Source of the DNA: Macrostomum lignano | Taxonomy: Eukaryota | Reading direction: 5' to 3' | Length of the DNA: 64,000 nt | Assembly: GCA_002269645.1 (NCBI GenBank) | Contig: NIVC01000852.1 | Coordinates: forward strand, 149,644 to 213,643 | Shown here: positions 12,301-25,274 of the stretch, in pieces | How the letters are laid out: every line of letters starts with the position of its first letter | How positions within the stretch are numbered: position 1 is the stretch's first letter | Notes under the pieces: generated by a model | The model's input: the letters and a program-made list of their open reading frames with translations, nothing else | What the model was told of the DNA's origin: nothing | Database searches by the model: none | Translations under genes and position numbers: made by a program

Positions 12301-15300
12301 CATAAACACACTAAAGAATCTCCCATGAACACACTAAAGAATTTCCCCATAAACACACTAAAGAATCTCCTATAAACACACTAGTTAATCTCCCATATAA
12401 ACCCCTAATCCTTAGATTTCCAAGTAAACACTAAAATGCCGCCCGTTCCCGCTCCAGTACCTGGACAAGGCCGCAGTCCAGACCATACTCCGCTGCCTCG
12501 AGCGTCGCGCACCGCAGCCGGGCAGCTCGCTGCTGCCAGAAACCACAGCCGACGTGGCAACTCTGCTACTCAATTTTAATAGAAATTTGCATGGCCGATC
12601 TCAGACCCTGCCGCCTCATCAAATTATGCAACGTCAGCATAGCGGCGGAGATCATCTGACTGCGTCCAATTTGATGCCTCCGCCACCGCCGCCGCCACCG
12701 CCTCCACCGTCTGCGTTTAGCAAGCTGCCGGGGCCGCCTCCGCAATCGGTTGTGGGCGGATCATTCTCTAGTGGCTTGCAAACCGCATTCAGCTCACAGA
12801 TGTCTAGTAAGTGGCTTTTTATTGTTATTTAGTTTTTAACGCCACTGAGATGAACGTAGCAGTGTCTGAAGTGTGACCGTAGCGGTATCTGAAGTGTGAC
12901 CGTAGCGGTGTCTGAAGGGTGACCGTAGCGGTGTCTGAAGTGTGACCGTAGTGGTGTCTGAAGTGTGTCCGTAGCGGTGTCTGAAGTGTGTCCGTAGCGG
13001 TGTCTGAATTGTGTCCGTAGCGGTGTCTTAAGGGTGACCGTAGCGGTGTCTTAAGGTTGACCGTAGCGGTGTTTTTAAGGGTGACCGTAGCGGTGTCTGA
13101 AGTGTGACCATAGCGGTGTCTGAAGGGTGACCGTAGCGGTGTCTCAATGGTGACCGTAGCGGTGTCTCAAGGGTGACCGTAGCGGTGTCTCAAGGGTGAC
13201 CGTAGCGGTGTCTCAAGGGTGACCGTAGCGGTGTCTCAAGGGTGACCGTAGCGCTGCCTGAAGAAACGGGTGTTTATCATTGCTAAAACATCCAACGGCT
13301 GTCTCTCGCGCGAGGCTCAAGCTTTGATCCGATTTTTAAAAAATCTATTTCAGATATGCCTCTCTCTCCGGTTCCGTCCGCTTCCATGCTGAAACCCGGC
13401 GCCAATCCCCTGGCCGGCCTGCTGCCGCCCCAGCAGTTGACACCGAAGCACAAGCTGCCGCCGCCATCAATGTCGGTGATGCCGCCGCCCATCGGATCGC
13501 CGCATCCCGGAACGGGTCATCCGACGCCGCCGCCGCCGCACCTGGCTCCTCCACCCGGTCACATGGGCATGCCGCCGCCTCCGCCTCCGGGACCTCCTGG
13601 CAGTGCGCCGTCGCATTATCGCAGCCCGATGCTGGGCCTAGCGATGCCCCCGGAGCTGCTGGCCCAGCCGCCGTCTGCTGAACTAGACGAGCGAGTCAAT
13701 CTAATCATGAAAAGTCTATTTAGCAGCGCAATCACCTCGGATGAAGTGTTCGCCGTGCTTCGCGATCCTAACGAGAAACAGCTGTGCAATTATTTTCTCA
13801 GAGTATTGGCTGACGAGTTTGTCCACATTCCAACTAGTTTCCCGCCTAAGCAGCGCTCCATTATGGCCGAACTGTTTGGTCACGTGATTGCTCTGCGATT
13901 TCAATTGGCTTCGCACAGCGTGCTGACCTATTTCCTGCGCCTGCTGAACTTCTGCCTCACTAGGCCGATTGAGACCGAGTCTGATCAGACTTTCTTCACC
14001 TTTGGCCTGGATATTCTTAATAAGTGAGTTTATAACCGTTTTTATGTAGCAGAGTTGTTTATTATGGTCCTCCATTTCCGTGTGCTCATGATCCCATCTC
14101 CGTGTGCTCATGATCCTATCTCCGTGTGTTTATGATCCCATCTCCGTGTGTTCATGATCCCATCTCCGTGTGTTCATGATCCCATCTCCGTGTGCTCATG
14201 ATCCCATCTCCGTGTGCTCATGATCCCATCTCCGTGTGCCCATGATCCCATCTCGGTGTGCTCATGATCCCATCTCCGTGTGCTCATGATCCCATCTCCG
14301 TGTGTTCATGATCCCATCTCCGTGTGCTCATGATCCCATCTCCGTGTGTTCATGATCCCATCTCCGTGTGTTCATGATCCCATCTCCGTGTGCTCATGAT
14401 CCCATCTCCGTGTGTTCATGATCCCATCTCCGTGTGCTCATGATCCCATCTCCGTGAGCTAATGATCCCATCTCCGTGAGCTAATGATCCCATCTCCGTG
14501 TGCTCATGATCCCCATATCCGTGTGTTCATAATCCCATCTCCGTGTGCTCATGATCCCATCTCCGTGTGCTCATAATCCCATCTCCGTGTGCTCATGATC
14601 CCATATCCGAGTGCTCATGAATAGTCATGATCCTATCTCCGTGCGCTCATGATCCCATCTCTGTGTTCATAATCCAATTTGTGTTCGTTATCTCATATCT
14701 CATTCATATAATCCCTTATCCCATACTCATTTAATCCGATATTTCAAATAATCCCACATCCACCGCATTCATAACTCCAACCCGCCATGCACAGGTGCAA
14801 GCCCAGCCTATCGGATTACCGCCAGGTAGCCAGCCACCTGCTGTCCTGCTCCAATTTTCCCAAGTTCCCCAAGGATCTGCAGATTGCAATTCAAATTGCT
14901 GCGAACGGTGCCAGCAACACGGAGGCCGGTGCCGGGTCGCTGGTCACAGCCGGTCGCTCCGATGATCAGCAAGGCAGATCTGGCGATTCAGCTCCAGACT
15001 CGGCAGTCGTTGAGGAGCCAGTTAGCCCTCCCGAGTCTGTACAGGATGCTGTATTCTTCATCTTTAACAATTTGAGCAAGATTAATATAGTCACAAAAGC
15101 GGAAGAGCTGCTCCGAGCTGTGCCAGAGGATTACATACCCTGGCTGGGGCAGTACCTAGTGATGAAGCGGGTTACCACAGAGCCAAACTTTCACCAGCTC
15201 TACATTGACTTGATGGACGCTTTGAATGTGCCTAAATTAAAAGAAGTTGTACTGCAGCAAACGTTTCGCAGTATTAGAGCACTGCTGCTCAATATGCGAC

Positions 15301-18300
15301 CGGATCTGAACGATTATAATGACAGGGCTCTGCTCAAAAATATTGGCCGCTTTCTCGGACTGCTCACGCTGGCTAAGAACCGGCCTATACTATACGAAGA
15401 CATGAATTTGAAAGGCCTGCTATTGGAGGCCTACTGCAAAGGTCAGGTAGAGATGCACTACGCTGTACCCTTTGTCTCTCGTACCCTGGAGGCTTGCAAC
15501 GCTAGCACCGTGTTCCGGCCTCCAAATCCCTGGACAATGGGCATCATTCGCGTATTGAAAGAGCTGCACATGGACAAGGCGGTGAAGAATTCGTTAAAAT
15601 TTGAAGTGGAAATTTTGTGCAGAAATTTGAGCATCAATTTTGACGAATTGGAGCCGGCTTATTATCTGCGGGACAGCGAACGGGTCAGGCAGATCGAGAT
15701 GGAGAGCTGCCAGATCCGCTCCAGCCAGACTGCCGGCGGGAGGCCTACCGAGCAGTCGGAGCTTCGGGTAGCTGCTGGCCTGCAGATGACCGCACCGGCT
15801 GAGGAATTCGAGCCTGCAACTTTTCCGCATCATTCCCAGCCTCCAATGCCGCCGTTGAGCTTTCAAGACGCGCCCTCAGCCTCCTCGGCTGCTTTTAATC
15901 GTCATCATCATCAGCAGCAGGTTTTCAGCGCCGTCTCATCATCCACTGCCGGTATGTTTCCAAACTGCCGATTCTGAAAACTTACATACATGCAAAATGG
16001 CCCCTTGAAAACGTTGACGACCGTGCCAAGAGTTTAAAGAATTATTGCAAACAATTCAAAGTTGTTACAGATTCATAAAGTGCCGCAGATGTGTGCTTTA
16101 GGCTCAACTGCGACTCAGATACGACTCTTTGACGACTTGTGTTTTACCTCAAGGCCAGATAGGGAGCCTAGCGTGTGACTGCGGGCCAGAGGGGAGAGAT
16201 GAGAGGGAACCGAGTAGGGAGAGGAGAAAAGACAGAAGAAGAGGAGAGGAGAAAAGAGACTAGACTAGAGAGGAGAAAAGAGACTAGACTAGAGAGGAGA
16301 AAAGAGACTAGACTAGAGAGAAGAAAAGAGACTAGACTAGAGAGGAGAAGAGAGACTAGACTAGAGAGGAGAAAAGAGACTAGACTAGAGAGGAAAAAAG
16401 AGACTAGACTAGAGAGGAGAAGAGACTAGAATAGAGAGGAGAAAAGAGACTAGACTAGAGAGGAGAAAAGAGACTAGACTAGAGAGGAGAAAAGAGACTA
16501 GACTAGAGAGGAGAAAAGAGACTAGACTAGAGAGGAGAAGAGACTAGAATAGAGAGGAGAAAAGACAGAAGAAAGGAGAGGAGAAAAGAGACTAGACTAG
16601 AGAGGAGAAAAGAGACTAGACTAGAGAGGAGAAGAGACTAGAATAGAGAGGAGAAAAGACAGAAGAAAGGAGAGGAGAAAAGAGACTAGACTAGAGAGGA
16701 GAAAAGAGACTAGACTAGAGAGGAGAAGAGACTAGAATAGAGAGGAGAAAAGACAGAAGAAAGGAGAGGAGAAAAGAGACTAGACTAGAGAGGAGAAAAG
16801 AGACTAGACTAGAGAGGAGAAAAGAGACTAGACTAGAGAGGAGAAAAGAGACTAGACTAGAGAGGAGAAAAGAGACTAGACTAGAGAGGAGGAAAGAGAC
16901 TAGACTAGAGAGGAGAAGAGACTAAAATAGAGAGGAGAAAAGAGACTAGACTAGAGAGGAGAAAAGAGACTAGACTAGAGAGGAGAAGAGACTAGAATAG
17001 AGAGGAGAAAAGACAGAAGAAAGGAGAGGAGAAAAGAGACTAGACTAGAGAGGAGAAAAGAGACTAGACTAGAGAGGAAAAAAGAGACTAGACTAGAGAG
17101 GAAAAAAGAGACTAGACTAGAGAGGAGAAAAGAGACTAGACTAGAGAGGAGAAAAGAGACTAGACTAGAGAGGAGAAAAGAGACTAGACTAGAGAGGAGA
17201 AGAGACTAGAATAGAGAGGAGAAAAGAGACTAGACTAGAGAGGAGAAAAGATACTAGACTAGAGAGGAGAAGAGACTAGAATAGAGAGGAGAAAAGACAG
17301 AAGAAAGGAGAGGAGAAAAGAGACTAGACTAGAGAGGAGAAAAGAGACTAGACTAGAGAGGAGAAGAGACTAGAATAGAGAGGAGAAAATAAACTAGACT
17401 AGAGAGGAGAAGAGACTAGAATAGAGAGGAGAAAATAAACTAGACTAGAGAGGAGAAGAGACTAGAATAGAGAGGAGAAAATAAACTAGACTAGAGAGGA
17501 GAAGAGACTAGAATAGAGAGGAGAAAAGAGACTAAACTAGAGAGGAGAAAAGAGACTAGACTAGAGAGGAGAAGAGACTAGACTAGAGAGGAGAAAAGAG
17601 AGCAGGCCGGCCCGTTGAAAACGAGACCGTGACATATTCTACCACTATTAAAATACCCGCATAGGCTTGCCGCCGATCTCGATGCAGCAGCCGCCTCCGA
17701 TGATGCCTCCGCCAATGACGCATCAGCAGCAGCATCTTCACCAACAGTTGCAGCTCGCGATGCCGCCGCCGCAGCAGCCACCGTCAACTGCCGCGGCCGC
17801 TCTGACGCCGTCATCGACCACTTCGTCAAATGCTGGACCGTCGCAGCAGCCAGCTGCCTCTGCGCCGGTGCCGTATCCTCGGTTCAAATGGACCGACATT
17901 GACACCAGCCGGCCACTGAGCGCCTACTTCAGCATCAATACTGGCCTGCACCTGCTGCAGTCCCAGCCGCCGCTAGCTGGCCAGGCTCGCCAGACACTTG
18001 AGCACACTGTCAACGACCTGCTAGAACCCGTAGCCCAGCGCTGCGTTCGCATTGTTCTAGCCACCGTTGAAGGCATTGTACGCAAAGATTTTGCTCTGGA
18101 CGACGATGAGAATCGATTGAGAGCCGCCGCGCACAATATGGCCAGATTTCTCACCGCCGGCATGGCTCTGATCACCTGCCGTGAAGCTCTAAGCGTCAAT
18201 ATGGAGACTAAATTAAAGCAGCAATTCTTAGCCGTGATTAGTTCGCCAACTCCGCATCAGAAAGAGATGATGGACGAGGCCGCTAAAATGATCGCTAGCG

Positions 18301-21300
18301 ACAATTTGGAATTGGGCACCGCCTATATTCAGAAGGTGTGTTTTGCTATAGAGTAAAATGGCCCTACTTAGAGTAGCGAGCGCTGCTACTTACTAATTCA
18401 AAACAAAATATGCTAAAATGTCAGGGATTCAAATACTTCAGAATGTGTGAATCTTGCCGTCAGGATGTGTGAATCTTGCCGTCAGGATGTGTGAAACTTG
18501 CAATCAGGATGTGTGGCTCTTGCAGTCAGGATGTGTGAATCTTGCAGTCAGGATGTGTGAATCTTGGATTCAGGATGCGTGAATCCGTCTGGATGTGTAA
18601 ATCTTGCAGTCAGGATGTGTGAATTTTGCAGTCAGGATGTGTGAATCTTGGAGTCAGGATATGTGAATCTTGCAGTCGGGATACGTGAATCCGTCTGGAT
18701 GTGTGAATCTTGAATTTAGAATGCGTGAATCCTTCATGATAAGGGAATATCACTGATGCCTGCTGCATGCTAGGCAAAGCTCATGCTGCCTGTTGCATAG
18801 AATGCCAATCGCAATCATTCTCACTCGTAAACGCGAGCTCGCTATCCCATCGCCCAGGTGTGCGTGGAGAAGGCACTAGCCCAGGTAGACGTGAGCCTTG
18901 AGATGGACTACCGCAGCAGGATTCTGGCCCGCCAGGAGGGCCGGCGCTACTACGACGCCCAGCAGTTGGCCTACCACAGCGGCGAGGCCATGCCTGCCCA
19001 GCTGCGCAAGACCATCGGCCAGCCGTCGCCGTTCAGCCTAGCAGTCTATGCCGAGTACGCTGACAGCGTGCCAGGCTTTGCTTCGCCTGCGCCTCCGGCT
19101 GCCGCCGCCGCTGCCGCCGCTGTTTCGTCGACAGCTTCATCAACAACCGCGGCGCCTAGTAGTTTAACTGCGACATCGGCAGCAGCTGCAGTCGCGCAGC
19201 CGGCGGTGCCGCCGCCGCAGCGGAATGAAGCCGCCCAGCTGTTCGACACGATCGCGGCCGAGGTGGAGCGTCAGTCGCAGTACATCGCCAACTCGCCTTC
19301 TATTGGCGGTTCGGCTGATAGCGCCGCCCAACTAGTCCAGCGGCTCCGGGTGCTGATTGACCGGGCCCAGGCCGCGCGACAGACTGGCAACGATGCCAGC
19401 GTCCACGAATTGGTCAAAGCCGCCGTTGTCTCCCTATTCCAGACTTTCAAGCGTCAGTCTTTGCAGTCTTTGTACCCGAGAGAAGTGCTGGAGCGGTACA
19501 AAGACGCGCATACTGTTGTACTGCGGCTCATGTACCAGCCGAAGATCAGCGGACTCGGCTTCAACTCCGGCTGCATGAGTCACGTGGTCACGCTGATCTG
19601 GACCGAGCTGAACGAAATTCACAAATGGAATAGCGACGCGTTTATTGAACTGCTCAAAATACACATTGTGAGTCTGCACTCGCTCGATTCTCACCTGGCC
19701 AAACAGGTTCGCAATAACAATTTGCGCGCTGTCCGGTTCGTATTGGACCTGTTTCATTCGCTAGTGCTGTCCGACAATCGCGAGCAGAGTGTGCTGAACG
19801 AGTGCGACCTGACTGGCACTATTGCCGTGCTGGCTCAGTGGCTTGACAAATCGCCCGCTGGCCAAGCGCCTGAGGATGCCGCAGTTGTGTGCCGGCAGAT
19901 GCGCGGCCTACTGGATTTCGGCCTGCTAGAGGCTCACCAGATGCCCGCCACAGTGTATTTGTACAGCGGCTGCTCTCAGGCTAGGGAGTTCGACGATCCG
20001 CCCTGGCTGCAGGAGATCAGCGAGGGCCTCATGAAGAAATGGTACGCCTTGTACAGCACCACCCAGCGTATGGTGGACCAGAGGAGTTTTAACGGATTTG
20101 TCAAGGAGATGACTATGCTTGGCATACTGAAGACTGACGATCTTATTACCAGGTGAAATATGTATTATTATTCCCATTGCTTAGATATTTAAGTTTAAGA
20201 GATATCAAGTTAGTAGAGATAGTAGCTTAATTAGTAGCCTTCTTGGTAGGCTAACTGGTGCAGTTGTTGAGAAGTCGGTTGGCTTGTTAGCTAAGTTAGT
20301 GGTTTAAGTAGACAAGTTAGTGAAGGCTTGATAGGGAAATTGGTAGACAAGTCGGTAGATAAGGCGGCAAACAAGTGCATAGAAAAGTCTGTAGACAGGA
20401 GGGTAGAAACGTCGGTAGACAAGTCGGTAGATAGGTCGACAGACAGGACGGTCGACGATCTGGTAGACAAGTTGGAAGACGAGTCGGTAGATGCGGTAGA
20501 AAAGGACGGTAGACAAGTCGGTGGACGAGTCTGTAGATAAGTCGGTAGATGCGGTAGACGAGTCTGTAGATAAGTCGGTAGATGCGGTAGACGAGTCTGT
20601 AGATAAGTCGGTAGATGCGGTAGACGAGTCTGTAGATAAGTCGGTAGATGCGGTAGACGAGTCTGTAGATAAGTCGGTAGATGCGGTAGACGAGTCTGTA
20701 GATAAGTCGGTAGATGCGGTAGACGAGTCTGTAGATAAGTCGGTAGATGCGGTAGACGATTCTGTAGATAAGTCGGTAGATGCGGTAGACGATTCTGTAG
20801 ATAAGTCGGTAGATGCGGTAGACGAGTCTGTAGATAAGTCGGTAGATGCGGTAGACAAGTCGGTAAACAAATCGGTAGACAAGTCGGTCGATCATCTACT
20901 AGACAATGTGGTTCAACAAAAAGTCATTAAACCCAACGCAACCCAACCGCAGGTTTTTCCGCCTAACAACCGACTACGTGATGGAGCACTGTTTCCGAGC
21001 CCTGCTCAAGTCCGGCCAGGAGTTGCTGAGCAATCGCATCAGCTGCTACCAGGAGCTGGACGCCTACATCCGCCTCATCGCCGTGATGGTGAAGCACAGC
21101 GGCGAGCAGGCTGGCGAAGCCAATCGTGAGGCCGCGGCCAACACTAAGCTCAATCTGCTGAACAAAATCCTCGGCATCATAGCCGGCACCCTGCTTCAAG
21201 AGCAGGACATCCGGTCGGATAGATTCCACCCAATGCCGTTCCAGCGCATCTTTGTACTGCTATTCTCCGAGCTGCTCTGCCCAGCCGAGGCTGTTGGCCA

Positions 21301-23125
21301 GATCTCTCCTGCTCTGGCCAGCCTGACTGATCAAATGCTGGCCGCCTTTGCCAATGCCCTGCACATTGTCCGGCCCGCCAAGGCGCCCGCCTTTAGCTAC
21401 AGCTGGGTAAGGATTGGAATCCAATTGTAATTGGATTTAGACAAGATTGGACTTATCTAAATCTCTAATGACTCACCTGAATCTCAAATGCCTCAACTGA
21501 ATCTCTAATGACTCACCTGAATCTCGAATGACTCACCTGAATCTCGAATGACTCACCCGAATCTCGAATGTCTCACCTCAATCTCTAATGACTTATCTGA
21601 CCCTAGAATGATTCACCTGAATCCCAAATTACTCACAGAATCTCGAATGACTCACCCGAATCTCTAATGAATCGCCTGAATATCAAATTACTCACCTGAA
21701 TCCCAAATGACTCACCTGGATTCCAAATGACTCACCTGAATCCCAATGACTCATCTAAACCATAAATGACTCACCTGAATCCCAAATGACTCACCTGAAT
21801 CCCAAATGACTCATCTAAATCCTAAATGACTCACCTGAATCCTAAATGACTCACCTGAATCCCAAATGACTCACCTGAATCTCTAATGACTCATCTGGAT
21901 CCCAAATGACTCACCCGAATCCTAAATGACTCACCCGAATCCTAAATGACTCACCTGAATCCTAAAGACTCAATTGAATCCCAAATGACTCACCTGAAAG
22001 TGGCCTAACCCGCCTGAAACTAGTCTGATTCACTAATGTCACAATATTATCAAACACTTTGTCCCTATCATTTTCAAGTAAAATCCCAATGAACTTGTCA
22101 GACACCAGGTACAACAAATACTATTGATTAACTAAAAACCCTGCCACCCTCAGCTGGAGTGCATCTGCCACCGCACTATGCTATCGAAGTTCCTCTGCAG
22201 CCAGGCCGCTTGGCCAATGTACGCTCAGCTACTCATCGACCTGCTTAAATTCATTGCTCCATTCCTGGCCACGGCTAATTTCATCAAGACTGTGCAGGCC
22301 CTGTACAGAGGTGCCCTACGCCTGATCCTGGTGCTGTTGCACGATTTCCCCGACTTTGTTAGCGAGTATCATCACGCCCTGTGCGACGTGATACCGGCTA
22401 ATTGTATCCAGCTGCGCAACCTGGTGCTGTCCGCCTTTCCCAAGGCTGTGCAACTGCTGGACCCGATCCAGAGTCCGGCAGCTCAGTGCTACGCCCTGCC
22501 AGAGATGCAGCTGGAGCCGAAGGGCAGCTTCGCCAGCTTGGAGGCCAGCATTCCCAGCCAACTGCGTCAAGAGGTTGACAGTTTTCTAGCGACTAGGAAG
22601 CCGGTGCTGTTCCTGACCGACTTGCAGAGCCGCATCCGGCTGCAGCAGGATGATGGCGGCCTGGTCAAGTACAACACCCAGCTGGTCAACGCTCTGGTGC
22701 TGTACATCGGCCGTAGGGCTGTGAAACGTATTAACGAGACCGGCAACTCTTTGCAGCCCTATAATATGACTCATTGCGTTGCCACGGAGACGCTGCAGGC
22801 TCTGGTCATGTTCTGCTGCACTGAGGGTCGCTACCTGCTGCTCAATGCCATGGCTAATCAGCTGCGCTATCCGAACTCGCACACCTTCTATTTTAACCAG
22901 GTGTTGCTGTTCTTCTTCCGCGAGAGCAACAATGAACAGATTAAGGAGCAGATTACTAGGTGAGTTGGCTGTTGGTGCACTGGCCTGTCGGGGCGACTGG
23001 CAGACAGACTGTCAGCCAGAGACAGACAGACAGACACTAAGACAGACAGACAGACAGACGCAGACAGACAGACCGACAGACAGGCAGGCAGACACTAATA
23101 CAGACACTAAGACAGGCAGAGAGAT

Positions 23126-23187
<62 letters not shown>

Positions 23188-23663
23188 GCACGCAGGCAGA
23201 CAGACAGACAGACAGAAAGACAGACAGACAGACACTAATACAGACCAAGGCAGACAGACCAGCATGTCTCAAACAGTATCGGCAATACGCACAGATGCAA
23301 TACGCACCCCGCCCTAATCCGCAGAGTCCTACTCGAGCGCCTCATAGTGCTCCGGCCGCATCCGTGGGGCCTGCTGCTCACCTTCACCGAGCTGCTGAAG
23401 AATCCCTCCTATCGATTCTGGGATCACGAGTTCGTGCGCTTCTCGCCTCAAATTGAAAAGTGCGTCCATTGTTTTCTAAATTCAATAACCATTATCTGGC
23501 CGGGATTAATTTAATTAAGTCTCTCTTCCCTCATCCACTCGGCAGGGTGCTCGAGTCCGTGGCCAGATCCTGCGTGCCCGGATTTCGCATGCCGCCGCCT
23601 CCGCCGCTGCCTCACTCGCTGCAGCAGCAGCAGCAGCAGGATCCAGTTGACAATGGTCTCTGA
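5621..23663 (+). CDS. CNOT1: CCR4-NOT transcription complex subunit 1, 13 coding exons in window, 5'-partial
   Basis: Exons join in frame through GT-AG sites to 7617 nt. Recognisable CNOT1 motifs: [102 protein letters not shown]. Homology is judged from memory of the family. Confidence 0.97.
7242..9338. repeat. 17-bp minisatellite, ~120 copies, CNOT1 intron
   Basis: gacatttgactaccagt / gacatttgactgtcaga variants. Confidence 0.97.
9477..9869 (+). CDS. CNOT1: CNOT1 exon
   Basis: ccatag|AAT ... CAG|gtaggg; phase 0-0; [12 protein letters not shown]...[13 protein letters not shown]...LMKGFQ. Confidence 0.92.
9935..10345. repeat. 30-bp minisatellite, CNOT1 intron
   Basis: cctcccaagatcctcagactgtgataccag. 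Confidence 0.95.
10486..10743 (+). CDS. CNOT1: CNOT1 exon
   Basis: cccag|GGC ... AAG|gtactt; phase 0-0; [19 protein letters not shown]...[11 protein letters not shown]. Confidence 0.92.
10829..11407 (+). CDS. CNOT1: CNOT1 exon
   Basis: catcccag|GGA ... CAG|gtgaat after an 85-bp intron; [15 protein letters not shown]...[17 protein letters not shown]. Confidence 0.93.
11520..12400. repeat. 22-23-bp minisatellite, CNOT1 intron
   Basis: gaatctcccataaacacactaaa. Confidence 0.95.
12458..12806 (+). CDS. CNOT1: CNOT1 exon (Pro-rich linker)
   Basis: gctccag|TAC ... A|gtaagt; phase 0-1; [15 protein letters not shown]...[12 protein letters not shown]. Confidence 0.85.
12855..13253. repeat. 23-bp minisatellite, CNOT1 intron
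   Basis: gggtgaccgtagcggtgtctcaa. Confidence 0.95.
13354..14023 (+). CDS. CNOT1: CNOT1 exon (Pro-rich segment plus TTP-binding HEAT region)
   Basis: tttcag|AT ... AA|gtgagt; phase 1-2. Confidence 0.88.
14072..14665. repeat. 22-bp minisatellite, CNOT1 intron
   Basis: catctccgtgtgctcatgatcc. Confidence 0.95.
14795..15951 (+). CDS. CNOT1: CNOT1 exon (CAF1-binding MIF4G domain)
   Basis: cacag|G ... G|gtatgt; phase 2-1; [39 protein letters not shown]. Confidence 0.95.
16200..17600. repeat. 24-bp purine-rich minisatellite, CNOT1 intron
   Basis: agactagactagagaggagaaaag. Confidence 0.95.
17665..18335 (+). CDS. CNOT1: CNOT1 exon (CN9BD/DUF3819 start)
   Basis: catag|GC ... AAG|gtgtgt; phase 1-0; [37 protein letters not shown]. 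Confidence 0.95.
18440..18730. repeat. 22-bp minisatellite, CNOT1 intron
   Basis: ggatgtgtgaatcttgcagtca. Confidence 0.9.
18858..20152 (+). CDS. CNOT1: CNOT1 exon
   Basis: gcccag|GTG ... AG|gtgaaa; phase 0-2; VCVEKAL...[11 protein letters not shown]. Confidence 0.93.
20300..20890. repeat. 33-bp minisatellite built from gtaga sub-units, CNOT1 intron
   Basis: gtagacgagtctgtagataagtcggtagatgcg. Confidence 0.93.
20953..21406 (+). CDS. CNOT1: CNOT1 exon (Not1 C-terminal domain)
   Basis: ccgcag|G ... TGG|gtaagg; phase 2-0; FFRLTT...[11 protein letters not shown]...[10 protein letters not shown]...[12 protein letters not shown]. Confidence 0.95.
21462..22000. repeat. 20-bp minisatellite, CNOT1 intron
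   Basis: cccaaatgactcacctgaat. Confidence 0.93.
22154..22959 (+). CDS. CNOT1: CNOT1 exon (Not1 C-terminal domain)
   Basis: cctcag|CTG ... AG|gtgagt; phase 0-2; LECICHR...IKEQITR. Confidence 0.96.
23003..23260. repeat. (GACA)n microsatellite, CNOT1 intron
   Basis: gacagacagaca runs. Confidence 0.9.
23325..23459 (+). CDS. CNOT1: CNOT1 exon
   Basis: ccgcag|A ... AA|gtgcgt; phase 2-2; [27 protein letters not shown]. Confidence 0.96.
23546..23663 (+). CDS. CNOT1: CNOT1 terminal coding exon
   Basis: ggcag|G after an 86-bp intron; [12 protein letters not shown]...[13 protein letters not shown]. Confidence 0.9.
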
Positions 23664-23907
23664 TGACTATCGCCGCAGCTCTCGTATGCGCTAATGATAA
23701 CTATTAATATTACTAATAATAATAATTGCTATTTTGGGTGGCTGGAATTGACTTGAATCGACTGAATTTTTTTTTGATCGCGTCCTCTCCACCTCCCCCA
23801 TTCGCCCCCGTTTGTCTATTTGTCTGAGTTATTTTTAAAATCCGTATTGTTTTTTGCACCATTCAATTAGTTTTGTCTGAGATGTCCCCCTGGGAGCTTG
23901 GCGTTCG

Positions 23908-24745
23908 GATTTGAGTAGTGAGTAGATTTGAGCATTGGATTTGAGTAGTGAGTAGATTTGAGCATTGGATTTGAGTAGTGAGTAGATTTGAGCATTGGAT
24001 TTGAGTAGTGAGTAGATTTGAGTAGTGAGTAGATTTGAGTAGTGAGTAGATTTGAGCATTGTATTTGAGTAGCGAGTAGATTGAGTAGCCAGTAGATTTG
24101 AGCATTGGATTTGAGTAGTGAGTAGATTTGAGTAAGTAGATTTGAGTAGCGAGTAGATTTGAGCATTGGATTTGAGTAGTGAGTAGATTTGAGTAGCGAG
24201 TAGATTTGAGCATTGAATTTGAGTAGTGAGTAGATTTGAGTAGCGAGTAGATTTGAGCATTGAATTTGAGTAGTGAGTAGATTTGAGTAAGTAGATTTGA
24301 GTAGCGAGTAGATTTGAGCATTGGATTTGAGTAGTGAGTAGATTTGAGCAGTGAATTTGAGTAGTGAGTAGATTTGAGCAGTGAATTTGAGTATTGAGTA
24401 GATTTGAGCATTGGATTTGAGTAGTGAGTAGATTTGAGTCAGTAGATTTGAGTAGTGAGTAGATTTGAGCAGTGGATTTGAGTAGTGGGTAGATCTGAGT
24501 AAGTAGATTTTAGTAGTAAGTAGATTTGAGTAAGTAGATTTGAGTAAGTGGATTTGAGTAAGTGGATTTGAGTAAGTAGATTTGAGTAGTGAGTAGATTT
24601 GAGTAAGTAGATTTGAGCAGTGGATTTGTGTAAGTAGATTTGAGCAGTGGTTTTGTGTAAGTAGATTTGAGCAGTAAATTGAGTAGTAGATCGATTTGAG
24701 TATTAAGTAATTAAATCTGAGTAGTAAGTAGATTTGAGTAGCAAA
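23908..24745. repeat. 30-bp minisatellite with 18/13-bp sub-units, 3' of the CNOT1 stop
   Basis: gagtagtgagtagatttgagcattggattt. Confidence 0.93.
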
Positions 24746-25274
24746 TTTGAGCTTTTGACACATCATGAATGTCCAATGCGATAACTCACTCATATTTGGC
24801 AAGATCTGTATCCAGCCTGTGCATAAAATATTCAGACGACTTTAGTAATTTGATATTATCATATTTATGCTGACTTATTATTTGTCTGTCTTGAACCCGT
24901 GTGATTTTCGTTTTATTCACTATTATTTATTTTGTCTGATACTCCATCATTCTATTGATATCTGTACTTTGTCCGACCAAACAAGATAAAATCGTACAGT
25001 GTTGTATTGCTGGTTTTGCTACCCATGTATTAGCAGTAATAAAGTTGACCTATTTTTGTGCTTTTGCGTTTTCTTTCAAGCACGTTCTATTTTAGTTGTG
25101 TATTTCTTCTTTTGCACTGTGTTACGCCTTTTCCATTTTTTATAATAATAACAACACATTTTGCTGCGTTTATATTTATCTGTTACACTTAACCCCGTGA
25201 AGACTCTGGCTTCTTTTAATGTCATGTACTATTGCTGTGTGTACTGTTTTTTGCCATGTGGTCCGGCTCTCTGA

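Noticed and set aside
20304-20952. ([11 protein letters not shown])n, ([10 protein letters not shown])n and (RLVYRIY)n ORFs
   Set aside because: All are frames of a 33-bp intronic array. CNOT1 splices 20152->20953 giving the conserved LITRFFRL.
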